Numbered from the stretch's first letter, positions 1 through 9,876 are shown. The stretch: DNA of 64,000 nucleotides from Minisyncoccota bacterium (GCA_041662205.1 JBAZSZ010000003.1:9772-73771); one strand, 5' to 3'. Notes: generated by a model not told the origin, from the letters alone. Made by a program: numbers and translations.

Positions 1-3
1 TTG

Positions 4-78
4 TGGCACGTAGCACAATCGTCAAGACATCTGGCTCTCAACCAGATATTCAGGTAGCCAATCCTGCACGCCCCGACA
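4..78 (+). pseudogene. degenerate tRNA-like sequence (Glu, CUC anticodon arm)
   Basis: Anticodon arm ATCTGG-CTCTCAA-CCAGAT, TAGC at the D-arm start and T-arm-like CAGG-TAGCCAAT-CCTG; acceptor stem does not pair and T-loop lacks TTC; lies at window edge. Confidence 0.35.
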
Positions 79-151
79 CTTATCTGATCTGAGGAGAATT
101 TTTTTCTCCTCTCCTCAACAAAGTTTATGAATGCTTTAAAAATCGAGTTTT

Positions 152-265
<114 letters not shown>

Positions 266-278
266 AGTACTTGATTCC

Positions 279-311
279 CAAAATAGCTATACAAAATATG
301 GCTATTTTTGT
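279..311 (+). terminator. intrinsic terminator after 5S rRNA
   Basis: CAAAAATAGCTAT...ATGGCTATTTTTG hairpin with T tract. Confidence 0.6.
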
Positions 312-360
312 GCTTGACATTTTCATATTATGTGTGATATAATAAAAAATAGAAAGTGAG

Positions 361-549
361 GTGTTTATTATGATAAAAAAAGACCTTGAGTTTAAGGAAG
401 TTGAAGTTTACGGAACGATATCAGAATCACTCCGTAAGGTTGTGGCAAACCTTCGTTGCCACTTTTCTCTTTCGCCGTGGATAATAATTGCGGCGATAGT
501 TGGTCTAGCTGTTTTTTTTGGGGTAAATCTTTTTTTTTATGGAGATTGA
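361..549 (+). CDS. small hypothetical membrane protein
   Basis: 62 aa ORF with C-terminal TM helix; upstream TTGACA and TATAAT; start codon uncertain. Confidence 0.5.
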   Translation: MFIMIKKDLEFKEVEVYGTISESLRKVVANLRCHFSLSPWIIIAAIVGLAVFFGVNLFFYGD

Positions 550-693
550 TACCCCTATCTACAAAGCTCGGTTGTTTTGTTCGTTTTGAACACGCCGGGC
601 TTTTCTCTTTTTTACCTGCCCGCAATGCTAAAGCATAGCTTTTGCAGACGAGGGCACGTTTATTTTTAGACTTAAAAATGTTATTATATCTTT

Positions 694-1485
694 ATGGTAC
701 TAATGACTTGGGGTCTAAAACGACAAATTTTTTATGTGGTTATTCTAATTTTATTTTTTTCTATATTTGGATTTTTGATAATTTATCCAAAACTAAATAA
801 AGCGCCGAGTTGCGTAGATAAAAAGCAAAATGGAGATGAGATAGGGATAGATTGTGGAGGGTCATGTCCAAATTTTTGTTTTAATCAAACGGACACCGTT
901 TCTATCCTCTGGGCTCGCGCTTTTCGGGTTGTGCCTGGACGGTATAATGCTGTAGCTTATATTGTAAATCATAATAAAAACGCTGCAGTAGAAAAAGTAA
1001 ATTATAAATTTCGTTTTGCTGATACAAATAATATTTACATCGGCAAAAGAGAAGGTAGTACTTTTATACCCCCAGCAGGCAATTTTGCTATTTTTGAACC
1101 GGGGATAGATATTGGAAATTCTATTCCTGTTTATGTGACTTTTGAATTCACGCAAGCACCACAGTGGCTCCAAGTATCAGAAGAGAAGATGGATCAATTG
1201 AAAATTTTAGTTTCAAATATAGAGCTCTCAGATGAGACGACATCTCCGAAGCTTTCTGCTAATATAAAAAATAATTCACTTTTTACAATTCCTAATATGA
1301 ATGTTATTACGATTCTTTATGATGCCAATAGAAATGCCATCTCTGCTAGTCGTACCTATTTAGACAAAATTAATCCACTTCAAATTGCTAATATTAATTT
1401 TACTTGGCCTGAACCATTTTCCGAGAAAGTGATAGCGAAAGAAATAATTCCGATGTTTAATATATTTTCTGCGCAGTTAAAATAA
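694..1485 (+). CDS. conserved CPR membrane-anchored hypothetical protein
   Basis: N-terminal TM helix, Cys motif SCxDxxQNGDExGIDCGGSC, two beta-rich domains. Confidence 0.75.
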   Translation: MVLMTWGLKRQIFYVVILILFFSIFGFLIIYPKLNKAPSCVDKKQNGDEIGIDCGGSCPNFCFNQTDTVSILWARAFRVVPGRYNAVAYIVNHNKNAAVEKVNYKFRFADTNNIYIGKREGSTFIPPAGNFAIFEPGIDIGNSIPVYVTFEFTQAPQWLQVSEEKMDQLKILVSNIELSDETTSPKLSANIKNNSLFTIPNMNVITILYDANRNAISASRTYLDKINPLQIANINFTWPEPFSEKVIAKEIIPMFNIFSAQLK

Positions 1486-1503
1486 TTTTGTACAATAAAT
1501 AAG

Positions 1504-2634
1504 ATGGCAGAAAAAGTTTTAAAAAGAATAGATTGGTTTCTCGTTATTTTTATCATTCCAATAGTTGCGGCAGGCTTGGTGACGATGAAGTCCTTTGCTC
1601 CTCTTGAAGATGGGGGAGATTTTTTTAGTAAACAAATTATTTGGGTATTTATTTCATTTGCTGTTTTTTTTATTTTTTCTTTTATTGACTTTCGTTTTTT
1701 AAAACGCACCGATATATTAGTATTTTTATTTTTATTTACATCTTTTCTTCTATTAATTCTAATGGTTTTGGGAAATATTTCAAATGGGGCGAAAAGCTGG
1801 TTTAATCTCGGCTTTTTCTTTTTTCAGCCGGTTGATGTGATGAAATTGGTATTGGTTCTCGTTTTGGCCAAATATTTTTCTCGCCGTCATGTGGAGATAC
1901 GATACATAAAACATATTTTTATTTCTGGATTTTATGCTCTCGTTCCTTTAGTTTTAGTTTTACTTCAACCAGATTTCGGTTCAGCAATGATAATATTTTT
2001 TATCTGGCTGGGGATGGTGCTTGTTTCTGGAATTTCTAAAACTCATTTGTTTGTTGTGTTTACCTCTGGACTCCTGATTTTGATAGTATGTTGGTTTTTT
2101 GTTTTTGCGCCATATCAAAAGGCTCGCATCTCTAATTTTATAAATCCTTTAGCTGATATCCACAAGACAGGATACAATGTTTTTCAGTCGACTATCGCTG
2201 TAGGTTCAGGTCAAATTTTAGGCAAGGGTTTGGGTTTTGGGACACAATCGAGACTAAAATTTTTACCTATTCCTCAGTCTGATTTTATCTTTGCTGCTTT
2301 TGCTGAGGAATGGGGTTTTATTGGTTCAACCCTGATTCTTTTATTTTATTGTTTGGTGATTTGGCGAATTCTTTATTTTGCATCACTGGGTGCATCTAAT
2401 TTTGAAATACTTTTCGGGATGGGAATTGCTATTTTCTTTATGAGTCATATACTTATAAATGTTGGAATGAATCTCGGGCTTTTGCCGGTAACTGGCATTC
2501 CTCTTCCTTTTATGAGTTATGGCGGTTCACATTTATTAACCGAATTTGCAGGATTGGGTATTTTGATGGGTATGCGCAAGTATTCTAGGATAGCCCACAA
2601 AGATGATACTAGAAATGAATTCTTAGGGATATAA
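1504..2634 (+). CDS. rodA: rod shape-determining SEDS protein RodA
   Basis: GAKSW, LQPDFGSA, GSGQxxGKG, SDFIF, TGIPLPFMSYGGS motifs. Confidence 0.9.
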   Translation: MAEKVLKRIDWFLVIFIIPIVAAGLVTMKSFAPLEDGGDFFSKQIIWVFISFAVFFIFSFIDFRFLKRTDILVFLFLFTSFLLLILMVLGNISNGAKSWFNLGFFFFQPVDVMKLVLVLVLAKYFSRRHVEIRYIKHIFISGFYALVPLVLVLLQPDFGSAMIIFFIWLGMVLVSGISKTHLFVVFTSGLLILIVCWFFVFAPYQKARISNFINPLADIHKTGYNVFQSTIAVGSGQILGKGLGFGTQSRLKFLPIPQSDFIFAAFAEEWGFIGSTLILLFYCLVIWRILYFASLGASNFEILFGMGIAIFFMSHILINVGMNLGLLPVTGIPLPFMSYGGSHLLTEFAGLGILMGMRKYSRIAHKDDTRNEFLGI

Positions 2635-2636
2635 TT

Positions 2637-2686
2637 TTCCCCCACCCCAGGGATAGGGGAATTCCCCTATCCCTGGGGTGGGGGAA
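2637..2686. repeat. 50-bp perfect palindrome (two inverted 25-bp REP-like units)
   Basis: TTCCCCCACCCCAGGGATAGGGGAATTCCCCTATCCCTGGGGTGGGGGAA, self-complementary around GAATTC. Confidence 0.95.
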
Positions 2687-2707
2687 GCAAGGTTTTTAAA
2701 AAAATTT

Positions 2708-3571
2708 ATGACACAAATTATAGACGGAAAAAAAATAAGAGATCAGATTTTAGAGAAAGTGAAAACGGAAGTAAGTGCGATACCTTTCAAGCCAGTTTTT
2801 TGTGACGTATTAGTCGGTAATGATTCAGCTTCTCTTCAATATGTCCAAATGAAAGGGCGGATGGCAGAATCTGTGGGTATAAGTTTTCATAAAGCAGAGT
2901 TTCCTGCTTCAATTTCAACTGAAGATTTAATAAAAGAAATAAAAGTTTTAAATAAAATTGAAAATATGTGTGGGATTATCATTCAGCTTCCTTTGCCTTC
3001 ACATTTGGACAAGCAAGCGGTCTTAGATGCTATTGATCCGAGGCTTGATGTCGATTGCCTTGGCACTATTGCTAGTGAAAAATTTTACAGTGGTGAAAGT
3101 GCTTTAGGTTTTCCGACGGCTTTAGCATGTATGGCATTATTAGATTCCATAAATTTATCTTTAGAAAATAAAAAGATTGTTGTTTTAGGGCAGGGGTTGT
3201 TGGTAGGAAAGCCAGTTACCGCTTTACTCAAATTTCGAGAGTTGGATCCAAATGTGATTAGAAGTAAGACTGAAAATAAAGAAGAACTCATCAAACAGGC
3301 AGATGTTATAATTTCAGGCATGGGCAAAGGTAAATATATTACGGGTGGCATGATCAAGTTAGGAGCGATCTTGATAGATGCTGGTACTTCTGAAGATAGT
3401 GGTTCATTAAATGAACGAACAAGTATTGTCGGTGATGTTGATTTTGAATCTGTGAAAGATGTTGCGGGGTATGTTTCGCCTGTGCCGGGAGGTGTAGGTC
3501 CAGTAACTGTCGCAATGCTTTTGAATAATGTGTTAACAGTAGCAAAAAGTTTTCCCCGAAACCAGGTATAG
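2708..3571 (+). CDS. folD: methylenetetrahydrofolate dehydrogenase/cyclohydrolase
   Basis: IIDGK, GIIIQLPLP, DVD, VGDVD, SPVPGGVGPVTVAML; start taken at MTQ. Confidence 0.93.
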   Translation: MTQIIDGKKIRDQILEKVKTEVSAIPFKPVFCDVLVGNDSASLQYVQMKGRMAESVGISFHKAEFPASISTEDLIKEIKVLNKIENMCGIIIQLPLPSHLDKQAVLDAIDPRLDVDCLGTIASEKFYSGESALGFPTALACMALLDSINLSLENKKIVVLGQGLLVGKPVTALLKFRELDPNVIRSKTENKEELIKQADVIISGMGKGKYITGGMIKLGAILIDAGTSEDSGSLNERTSIVGDVDFESVKDVAGYVSPVPGGVGPVTVAMLLNNVLTVAKSFPRNQV

Positions 3572-3601
3572 GGGAATTCCCCTATACCTGGTTTCGGGGA
3601 A
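3552..3601. repeat. 50-bp perfect palindrome, same family as 2637..2686
   Basis: TTCCCCGAAACCAGGTATAGGGGAATTCCCCTATACCTGGTTTCGGGGAA; contains the folD stop codon. Confidence 0.95.
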
Positions 3602-3614
3602 GGAATCAAATATT

Positions 3615-4184
3615 ATGAACAACACAATTTTTTTCTTTTTTTATAACTTAGCGTATCAATCAAATATCTTTGATAATATTGTTATTTTTTTAGCAGTGTA
3701 TTTTATATATATAGATATTTTTTTAGCAGGATTATATTTACTTTTTTATTACAAGATTTCATTTTCACAGAATTTTTTTCAACAATTTGTAAATAAATGG
3801 AGAGAATTTTCTTTTGTGATTTTATCAGTTGGTGTTACTTGGTTTTTTAATAAATTCATAGCAAAAATATTATTTTATGTATTTAGACCTTTTATAGTTT
3901 TTTCACAAGTACTTCCTCTTTTTCCAGAAACTGGATATGCTTTTCCTTCTGGGCATACGGCAGTCGCTTCAGCTTTGGCATTTTCTTTATTTTTTATAAA
4001 TAAAAAAGCAGGCCTGCCTGCGCAGGCAGGATATGTTTTTATGTTCTTTGCTTTGTTGATCGGGCTTGCTCGCGTTATCGCTGGAGTACATTTTCCGATT
4101 GATATTCTGGGTGGATTTTTCCTAGGGTTTCTCATGAGTTTCATTTTTAATTATATTTTTAATTCTTTTTCTAAAAAATTATGA
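3615..4184 (+). CDS. PAP2-family phosphatase (undecaprenyl-diphosphatase-like)
   Basis: K...RP, FPSGH, RVIAGVHFPIDI motifs. Confidence 0.88.
   Translation: MNNTIFFFFYNLAYQSNIFDNIVIFLAVYFIYIDIFLAGLYLLFYYKISFSQNFFQQFVNKWREFSFVILSVGVTWFFNKFIAKILFYVFRPFIVFSQVLPLFPETGYAFPSGHTAVASALAFSLFFINKKAGLPAQAGYVFMFFALLIGLARVIAGVHFPIDILGGFFLGFLMSFIFNYIFNSFSKKL
4013..4030. repeat. 18-bp palindrome in-frame in PAP2 gene
   Basis: CCTGCCTGCGCAGGCAGG, GC-rich in AT-rich gene, reads LPAQAG. Confidence 0.8.
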
Positions 4185-4789
4185 TTTTATCATTTATGGA
4201 AAGCCTGGGATTACTAGGTATTTTTTTTGTTGTGTTCGCCGAATCAGGACTTTTTTTCTGTTTCTTTTTTCCTGGAGGTTCTCTTTTGTTTAGCTCTGGT
4301 CTTTTGGCTTCAGTTGGATATTTTAATATTCTCTATTTATTTTTCGGATCCTTCTTGTTTGCTGTTTTAGGTGACAGTGTCGGATATTGGACAGGTAAAA
4401 AGTTTGGTCCAATAATTTTTTCTAAACCAAATTCTTTCTTTTTTAATAAAAATAATTTAGATAAAACTGCAAAGTTTTACGATAAATACGGTAAAAAAAC
4501 TATTGTCTTAGCACGTTTCGTTCCTATCGTGAGAACATTTGTTCCGATCATGGCTGGTGCGGGGAATATGAAATATGATAATTTTATTTCTTACAATATA
4601 TTGGGTGCTTTTTTGTGGACTGGTTCATTTATTCTAGGTGGATATTTTTTAGGTAATTCTGTTCCAAATATTAATCATTACATTTTACCGATAATAATAA
4701 TTATAGTAATTTTGTCTTTAGTGCCAATTATTGGTGATATTTTTATTAAAAAAATCATTTGCTTTTTTAATAAAAAGCGTATAGAATAG
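4181..4789 (+). CDS. DedA family membrane protein
   Basis: FAESGL..FFPGGSLLF, GDxxGY, ARFVPIVRTF. Confidence 0.92.
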   Translation: MILSFMESLGLLGIFFVVFAESGLFFCFFFPGGSLLFSSGLLASVGYFNILYLFFGSFLFAVLGDSVGYWTGKKFGPIIFSKPNSFFFNKNNLDKTAKFYDKYGKKTIVLARFVPIVRTFVPIMAGAGNMKYDNFISYNILGAFLWTGSFILGGYFLGNSVPNINHYILPIIIIIVILSLVPIIGDIFIKKIICFFNKKRIE

Positions 4790-4831
4790 CCATATATTTA
4801 TTCGCCAGAGGCGAATAGGTGTGGAAAAAAA

Positions 4832-6214
4832 ATGATCAAAAAATTAATTTTATCAATTGTAATACTTATCGTTAGTGCTGGAATTGGCTTTTTTGTTTAC
4901 AAATCAGAAGCTAATTTTAGAAAATTACCAGAAGGTACAGTAGCTACTGGTTTGGCAAAATTTTCCTTTAAACTCGGACTGGATCTTTCTGGAGGCAGTC
5001 ATTTGATATACAAAGCTGATACTTCTTTGGTCCCAGCAGGTCAAGTGGGGGATTCAATGAATGCCCTTCGTGATGTAATCGAGCGACGTATAAATCTTTT
5101 CGGGGTTTCTGAGCCAGTAGTGCAAGTGCAACACGGAGGGTTTGTTTCTGGCAACAGCGATGAACAGTTGATAGTGGATCTTCCAGGAGTGACTGATGTG
5201 AAGCAAGCGATAAGTATGATCGGGCAGACTCCGCTTCTTGAATTTAAAATAGAAGGGGATAAGAATACTCCTCAAACTGTGACTGTTGGCAAAGACGGTA
5301 AAGTGAATTTGGAAAATTTGAATTTGGGAGCGCAATTTATTTCCACAGAACTTACTGGAAGATATTTAAAGAAAGCAACTCTAGAATTTGATACAAATAC
5401 TCGTGAACCTAAAATAAGTTTACAATTTGATGATACTGGTACAAAACTTTTTGCCCAAATTACAAAAGAAAATATCGGGAAAATGGTAGCGATTTATTTA
5501 GATGGCGCTCCTATCTCTACGCCAGTTGTTCGAGAAGAAATTCCTAATGGTCAAGCTGTCATTTCAGGTAGTTTCACTCCGACTGAAGCAAAAACACTTG
5601 TTGGCCGACTCAATTCTGGAGCTCTACCTGTACCGATAACACTCCTTTCTACTCAAACTATCGGTGCTACTCTAGGAGGTAGCGCAGTAAATGCTGGGGT
5701 CAAAGCTGCATTTATAGGATTTTTATTAGTGGCTATCTTTCTGATTCTTTTATATCGTTTACCTGGTTTGATTGCGACGATTTCTCTTTGTATTTTTATC
5801 GTTATAATACTTGCTCTGTTTAAATTAATGCCAGTGACTCTAACGGCAGCTGGTATCGCTGGTTTTATAATTTCGATGGGTATCGCAGTTGATGCAAATG
5901 TGCTTATTTTTGAACGGGTAAAAGAGGAACTACGTTCTGGCAAAAGTATTGCTGATTCAATTTCTATTGGTTTCTCTAGAGCTTGGTTTTCTATTCGAGA
6001 TTCAAATATTTCAAGTTTTATCACCGCCGTTATTCTTTTCTGGTTTGGTACATCTTTAATCAAAGGCTTTGCTTTGACACTCGGCATGGGAATCATTGTG
6101 TCGATGTTTAGTGCAATTGTCATTACTAGAATTTTTCTTTCAACAGTTGGCTTTATCGGAGAAGGGAAAATCGCTAGATTTTTATTTAGTTCAGGATTTA
6201 CTAGAAACAAATAA
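4832..6214 (+). CDS. secD: protein translocase subunit SecD
   Basis: LGLDLSGG, GVSEP, LNSGALP, GIAVDANVLIFER. Confidence 0.95.
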   Translation: MIKKLILSIVILIVSAGIGFFVYKSEANFRKLPEGTVATGLAKFSFKLGLDLSGGSHLIYKADTSLVPAGQVGDSMNALRDVIERRINLFGVSEPVVQVQHGGFVSGNSDEQLIVDLPGVTDVKQAISMIGQTPLLEFKIEGDKNTPQTVTVGKDGKVNLENLNLGAQFISTELTGRYLKKATLEFDTNTREPKISLQFDDTGTKLFAQITKENIGKMVAIYLDGAPISTPVVREEIPNGQAVISGSFTPTEAKTLVGRLNSGALPVPITLLSTQTIGATLGGSAVNAGVKAAFIGFLLVAIFLILLYRLPGLIATISLCIFIVIILALFKLMPVTLTAAGIAGFIISMGIAVDANVLIFERVKEELRSGKSIADSISIGFSRAWFSIRDSNISSFITAVILFWFGTSLIKGFALTLGMGIIVSMFSAIVITRIFLSTVGFIGEGKIARFLFSSGFTRNK

Positions 6215-6224
6215 CCTAATTAAC

Positions 6225-7127
6225 ATGTTTATAATAAAACACAAAAAAATATTTATCAGCATATCAGCAGTCTTGGTTATCCTTTCTTTTGTTTCTTTGT
6301 TTGTTTTTGGGCTGGAAATAGGTATTGATTTTAAAGGTGGCGCACTCACGGAGGTTGCTTATAAAGGAGAACGTCCAACTCAATCCACTCTGCAGGAATC
6401 TTTAGCGACTCTCGGTTTTGGATCAATTCTTCTTCAGCCAGTTGGAGATGTTGGCTATATTGCAAAGACTCGTGACTTAAATGATTCTGAACATGCCTTG
6501 CTTTTGACGACGCTCGGAGGAGGGAATAAAGATACTCTCACTGAAATGAGTTTCAATTCTATCGGGCCCTCTGTTGGTCAAGAACTTACTAGGAAAGCTA
6601 TTTTAGCGATTATTTTAATTTCATTTGCTATTATTTGTTTTATTGCTTTTGCTTTCAGGAAAGTTTCTAAGCCAGTTTCTTCTTGGAGATATGGGATTAT
6701 CGCCATCGTTACACTTTTACATGACGTATTTATTCCTATTGGAATATTTGTTATTCTTTCTCATTATTTTGGGGCAGAAATAGACACTCTCTTTGTGGTG
6801 GCAGTGCTTACTATTCTTGGTCTTTCTGTTTCTGACACAATAGTTATCTTTGATCGAATTAGAGAAAATTTGAGAAACCAAAATTCAATAGCTAAAGTAA
6901 ATTTTAGTGAAGTGATAGGTCACAGCTTAGAACAATCATATATTCGATCTATTTGTACCTCTTCGACTGTCATCCTCGTGCTTTTGGCCTTGTTCTTCTT
7001 TGGCCCAGTATCCACAAGGTATTTTGCTCTAATGCTTACGGCTGGAATGTTTTTTGGTACTTATTCTTCAATTTTCCTAGCTTCACCTTTGCTTATGCAA
7101 GTAGAAGAGTGGCAGAAGAAACAATAG
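6225..7127 (+). CDS. secF: protein translocase subunit SecF
   Basis: GIDFKGG, IGPSVG, LLHD, DTIVIFDRIREN, GTYSSIFLA. Confidence 0.95.
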   Translation: MFIIKHKKIFISISAVLVILSFVSLFVFGLEIGIDFKGGALTEVAYKGERPTQSTLQESLATLGFGSILLQPVGDVGYIAKTRDLNDSEHALLLTTLGGGNKDTLTEMSFNSIGPSVGQELTRKAILAIILISFAIICFIAFAFRKVSKPVSSWRYGIIAIVTLLHDVFIPIGIFVILSHYFGAEIDTLFVVAVLTILGLSVSDTIVIFDRIRENLRNQNSIAKVNFSEVIGHSLEQSYIRSICTSSTVILVLLALFFFGPVSTRYFALMLTAGMFFGTYSSIFLASPLLMQVEEWQKKQ

Positions 7128-7175
7128 GTGTTATACTTTAAATAAGTTCTTGATTATTAGTTAACCATATAATAT

Positions 7176-7727
7176 ATGATGTACTTTTTAATAATTTTAC
7201 TTGCTATCGTTTTACTTGCAATTTTTTCTTTTAATCGTTTTGTTTCTTTGCGTAATCGTGCAAAAGAGGCGTGGGCAGATATTGAAGTTCAGCTCAAGCG
7301 TCGTTATGATTTGGTTCCGAATTTAGTGAATACAGTGAAGGGCTATGCTACGCATGAAAGTTCTGCTTTTGAGAATGTTACCAAAGCAAGATCAGCTGCC
7401 ATGGGAGCTACAGGGCCAACTACCGGCCATGCAGAAGCAGAAAATATGCTCACCAGTGCTTTGAAGTCAGTTTTTGCTATTGCTGAAGCATATCCAGATT
7501 TGAAAGCCAATCAAAATTTCTTAGCTTTACAAAACGAACTTTCTGATACAGAAAATAAAATTCAATCAGCACGCAGGTTTTATAATGCCAATGTTCGTGA
7601 CCTAAATACCTCAGTTGAAAGTTTCCCAGGCAATATTATTGCTAGTATATTTAATTTTTCTAAAATGGAATTTTTTGATCTAGCCGATAATGATGCTGCT
7701 CAAAATCCCGTAGAAGTAAAGTTTTAA
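7176..7727 (+). CDS. lemA: LemA family protein
   Basis: AWADIEVQLKRRYDLVPNLV, EAYPDLKA, RRFYN. Confidence 0.95.
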   Translation: MMYFLIILLAIVLLAIFSFNRFVSLRNRAKEAWADIEVQLKRRYDLVPNLVNTVKGYATHESSAFENVTKARSAAMGATGPTTGHAEAENMLTSALKSVFAIAEAYPDLKANQNFLALQNELSDTENKIQSARRFYNANVRDLNTSVESFPGNIIASIFNFSKMEFFDLADNDAAQNPVEVKF

Positions 7728-7759
7728 ATTATTATTTTATTTCTTCAATAAATAAATTT

Positions 7760-8278
7760 ATGAAACAAAACGAATTTTTCGGTTCGAAATTAAATAGTGT
7801 ATTACTTTTAGTATTAATTATTTTAATGATTATTGCTATTAAAATAATGCTTCGAAATGAAAAAGAATATTTAGGTGTTTTTCAAAAGCAAGTTCCTGTC
7901 GTTGACACTACCCAAGAAATAATTCCGACAGAAGTCAGAAATAATATTTCAGGGAACAAAGATGATTTAATTTCTTTTTCTATCTGGCCAAATACTAAAG
8001 TCCGCGGCGTTCTATCTTATCGGGGAATAATAAAAGGCGGATATTTTTTTGAAGCTAATATCTTAATAAATATTTTGGACTCAAATAAAAAAATTATAAA
8101 ACAAAGTAATGCAATGGCTAAAGATGATTGGATGACTGCTGGTCCGGTAAATTTTGAAGGGAATATTGATTTTTCTGGACTTTTGAAAGGTCCAGCTTAT
8201 TTTGAAATCCATAATGATAATGCTTCAGGCTTACCGGAAAATGACAAATCTATCTTGATTCCTATTATAATAGAGTAA
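7760..8278 (+). CDS. membrane-anchored Gmad2-like immunoglobulin domain protein
   Basis: TM helix then GGYFFEA..., WMTAGPVNF, NASGLPE motifs. Confidence 0.65.
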   Translation: MKQNEFFGSKLNSVLLLVLIILMIIAIKIMLRNEKEYLGVFQKQVPVVDTTQEIIPTEVRNNISGNKDDLISFSIWPNTKVRGVLSYRGIIKGGYFFEANILINILDSNKKIIKQSNAMAKDDWMTAGPVNFEGNIDFSGLLKGPAYFEIHNDNASGLPENDKSILIPIIIE

Positions 8279-8282
8279 AATT

Positions 8283-9179
8283 ATGACGACACTTTATACC
8301 GAGCAATCAAAAAATGTTACGAAGACTTGGCTTTTGATGTCAATATTTTTTGTGGTGGTCATTAGTTTTGGTTGGTTTTTTAGTTTTTATTACAACAATC
8401 CGAATATTTTGTATTTTTTTGTTATCTTTAGTGTTTTAATGAATTTTTTTTCTTATTGGTATTCAGATAAAATAGTGCTTACTTTAGCTGGTGCCAAAGA
8501 AGCCAAAAGAGAAGAATATTTTGATCTTTATACGAGTGTTGAAAATCTATCAATCACTGCAGGACTGCCAATGCCGAAAGTATATGTGGTGCAAGATCTT
8601 GCGCCAAATGCTTTTGCTACCGGTAGAGATAAAAATCATGCCGTTGTTTGTGCCACCTCTGGACTTTTGCAAATTTTAGACAAGACAGAGCTAGAAGGAG
8701 TAATCGCACATGAACTTTCACATGTTGGGAATCGTGATATGTTGCTCTCGACTGTCGTCGTGGTGCTCGTCGGTTTTATTTCTATTATTGCAGATGTCTT
8801 TAGGAGAAATTTATTCTTTGGAGGTTTGGGAAGGGGTAGAGATGATAGAGAGAGTGGGGGAAATGCTATTTTTTTAATTGTCGGAATTGTTTTATCGATT
8901 TTAGCACCATTGGTGGCGGTTTTAATTCAGCTAGCTATTTCCAGAAAAAGAGAATTTTTAGCAGATGCTTCTGGAGCCTTACTTACCCGTTATCCTGAGG
9001 GCCTTGCTAATGCCCTGCGTAAAATTTCCCAATATAGCCAGCCGATGGTTCATCAGTCTAGTGCTATTGCACATCTTTATATCGCAGACCCAAAAGGTAA
9101 CAAAATCGGCAAGAAAATCAGTGGTCTTTTTGCCACTCATCCACCAGTTGAAGAAAGAATAAAAGCGCTCGTGGGATAG
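8283..9179 (+). CDS. htpX: M48 zinc metalloprotease HtpX
   Basis: PNAFATG, HELSH, SRKREFLADA, FATHPP. Confidence 0.93.
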   Translation: MTTLYTEQSKNVTKTWLLMSIFFVVVISFGWFFSFYYNNPNILYFFVIFSVLMNFFSYWYSDKIVLTLAGAKEAKREEYFDLYTSVENLSITAGLPMPKVYVVQDLAPNAFATGRDKNHAVVCATSGLLQILDKTELEGVIAHELSHVGNRDMLLSTVVVVLVGFISIIADVFRRNLFFGGLGRGRDDRESGGNAIFLIVGIVLSILAPLVAVLIQLAISRKREFLADASGALLTRYPEGLANALRKISQYSQPMVHQSSAIAHLYIADPKGNKIGKKISGLFATHPPVEERIKALVG

Positions 9180-9219
9180 AAATTTCGCAAGGGGAGTGTT
9201 TGCGAAATTATTTTAAAAT

Positions 9220-9843
9220 ATGAAAACATTGCCAATAAACCTCGATACTTTCGGTTTCGTAGAGAGAGAAAAAAATAATTCTGGTAAATATGTTCTTAAT
9301 CGTTGTGGTAGAGATTTTTTATATTATTCTCTCAATTATTTTCATCCAGATAAATACAATTCATTTGCAAAAAACCCTCAATTTATTCAGAAAAATAATA
9401 TTTTTGGTTTATCAACACCCCCATGGTTGGCTTTTGCTTTGTTGCAGTTTATTTACGTTCCTAAAGAATTGAAAAAAGAAAAATTAGAGTTATTTATAAA
9501 CGATAAATTGATTAACTCTGTGACTAATTTTTATCGAGTTTTATGGAAGCCTTCAAGAACAGATGTAGGGAAAAGAATAAAGGAGGTAGAATTCTCGATA
9601 GATAAAGGTTTTGTAGTTGGGATTGATTTATCTCTTTTTCTTTTTGGAATTTTTGATCATGTGATGTTTGTTTATGGTTATGACGAAGATAATTTTTATG
9701 TTTTCGATACACGAAAAATTAATAAATTAGAATATGAAAAAATAACAGAAGATAATAGATATATTATGAGATTACCTAAAGACATAGTCAGAAAAAGATG
9801 GTCTTTCTTTGGGAGAGTTTGGATTGTAAAAAGAATAGTATAG
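9220..9843 (+). CDS. papain-fold (C39/C70-like) cysteine peptidase-like protein
   Basis: N-terminal CG, later HVMFVYGYD and FDT giving a possible Cys-His-Asp triad. Confidence 0.55.
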   Translation: MKTLPINLDTFGFVEREKNNSGKYVLNRCGRDFLYYSLNYFHPDKYNSFAKNPQFIQKNNIFGLSTPPWLAFALLQFIYVPKELKKEKLELFINDKLINSVTNFYRVLWKPSRTDVGKRIKEVEFSIDKGFVVGIDLSLFLFGIFDHVMFVYGYDEDNFYVFDTRKINKLEYEKITEDNRYIMRLPKDIVRKRWSFFGRVWIVKRIV

Positions 9844-9856
9844 TAGTGTTAATCAT

Positions 9857-9876
9857 ATCTACGCTATAGCGTAGAT
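9857..9876. repeat. 20-bp perfect palindrome upstream of Cas2/PaaX-like gene
   Basis: ATCTACGCTATAGCGTAGAT. Confidence 0.95.

Noticed and set aside
590-660. GC-rich imperfect hairpin as an ncRNA or riboswitch
   Set aside because: No recognisable consensus; probably a decayed palindromic repeat
3085-3609. Long antisense ORFs (also 5653..6210, 53509..54033, 49342..49680 and others)
   Set aside because: Lie opposite well-supported genes and have no recognisable motifs
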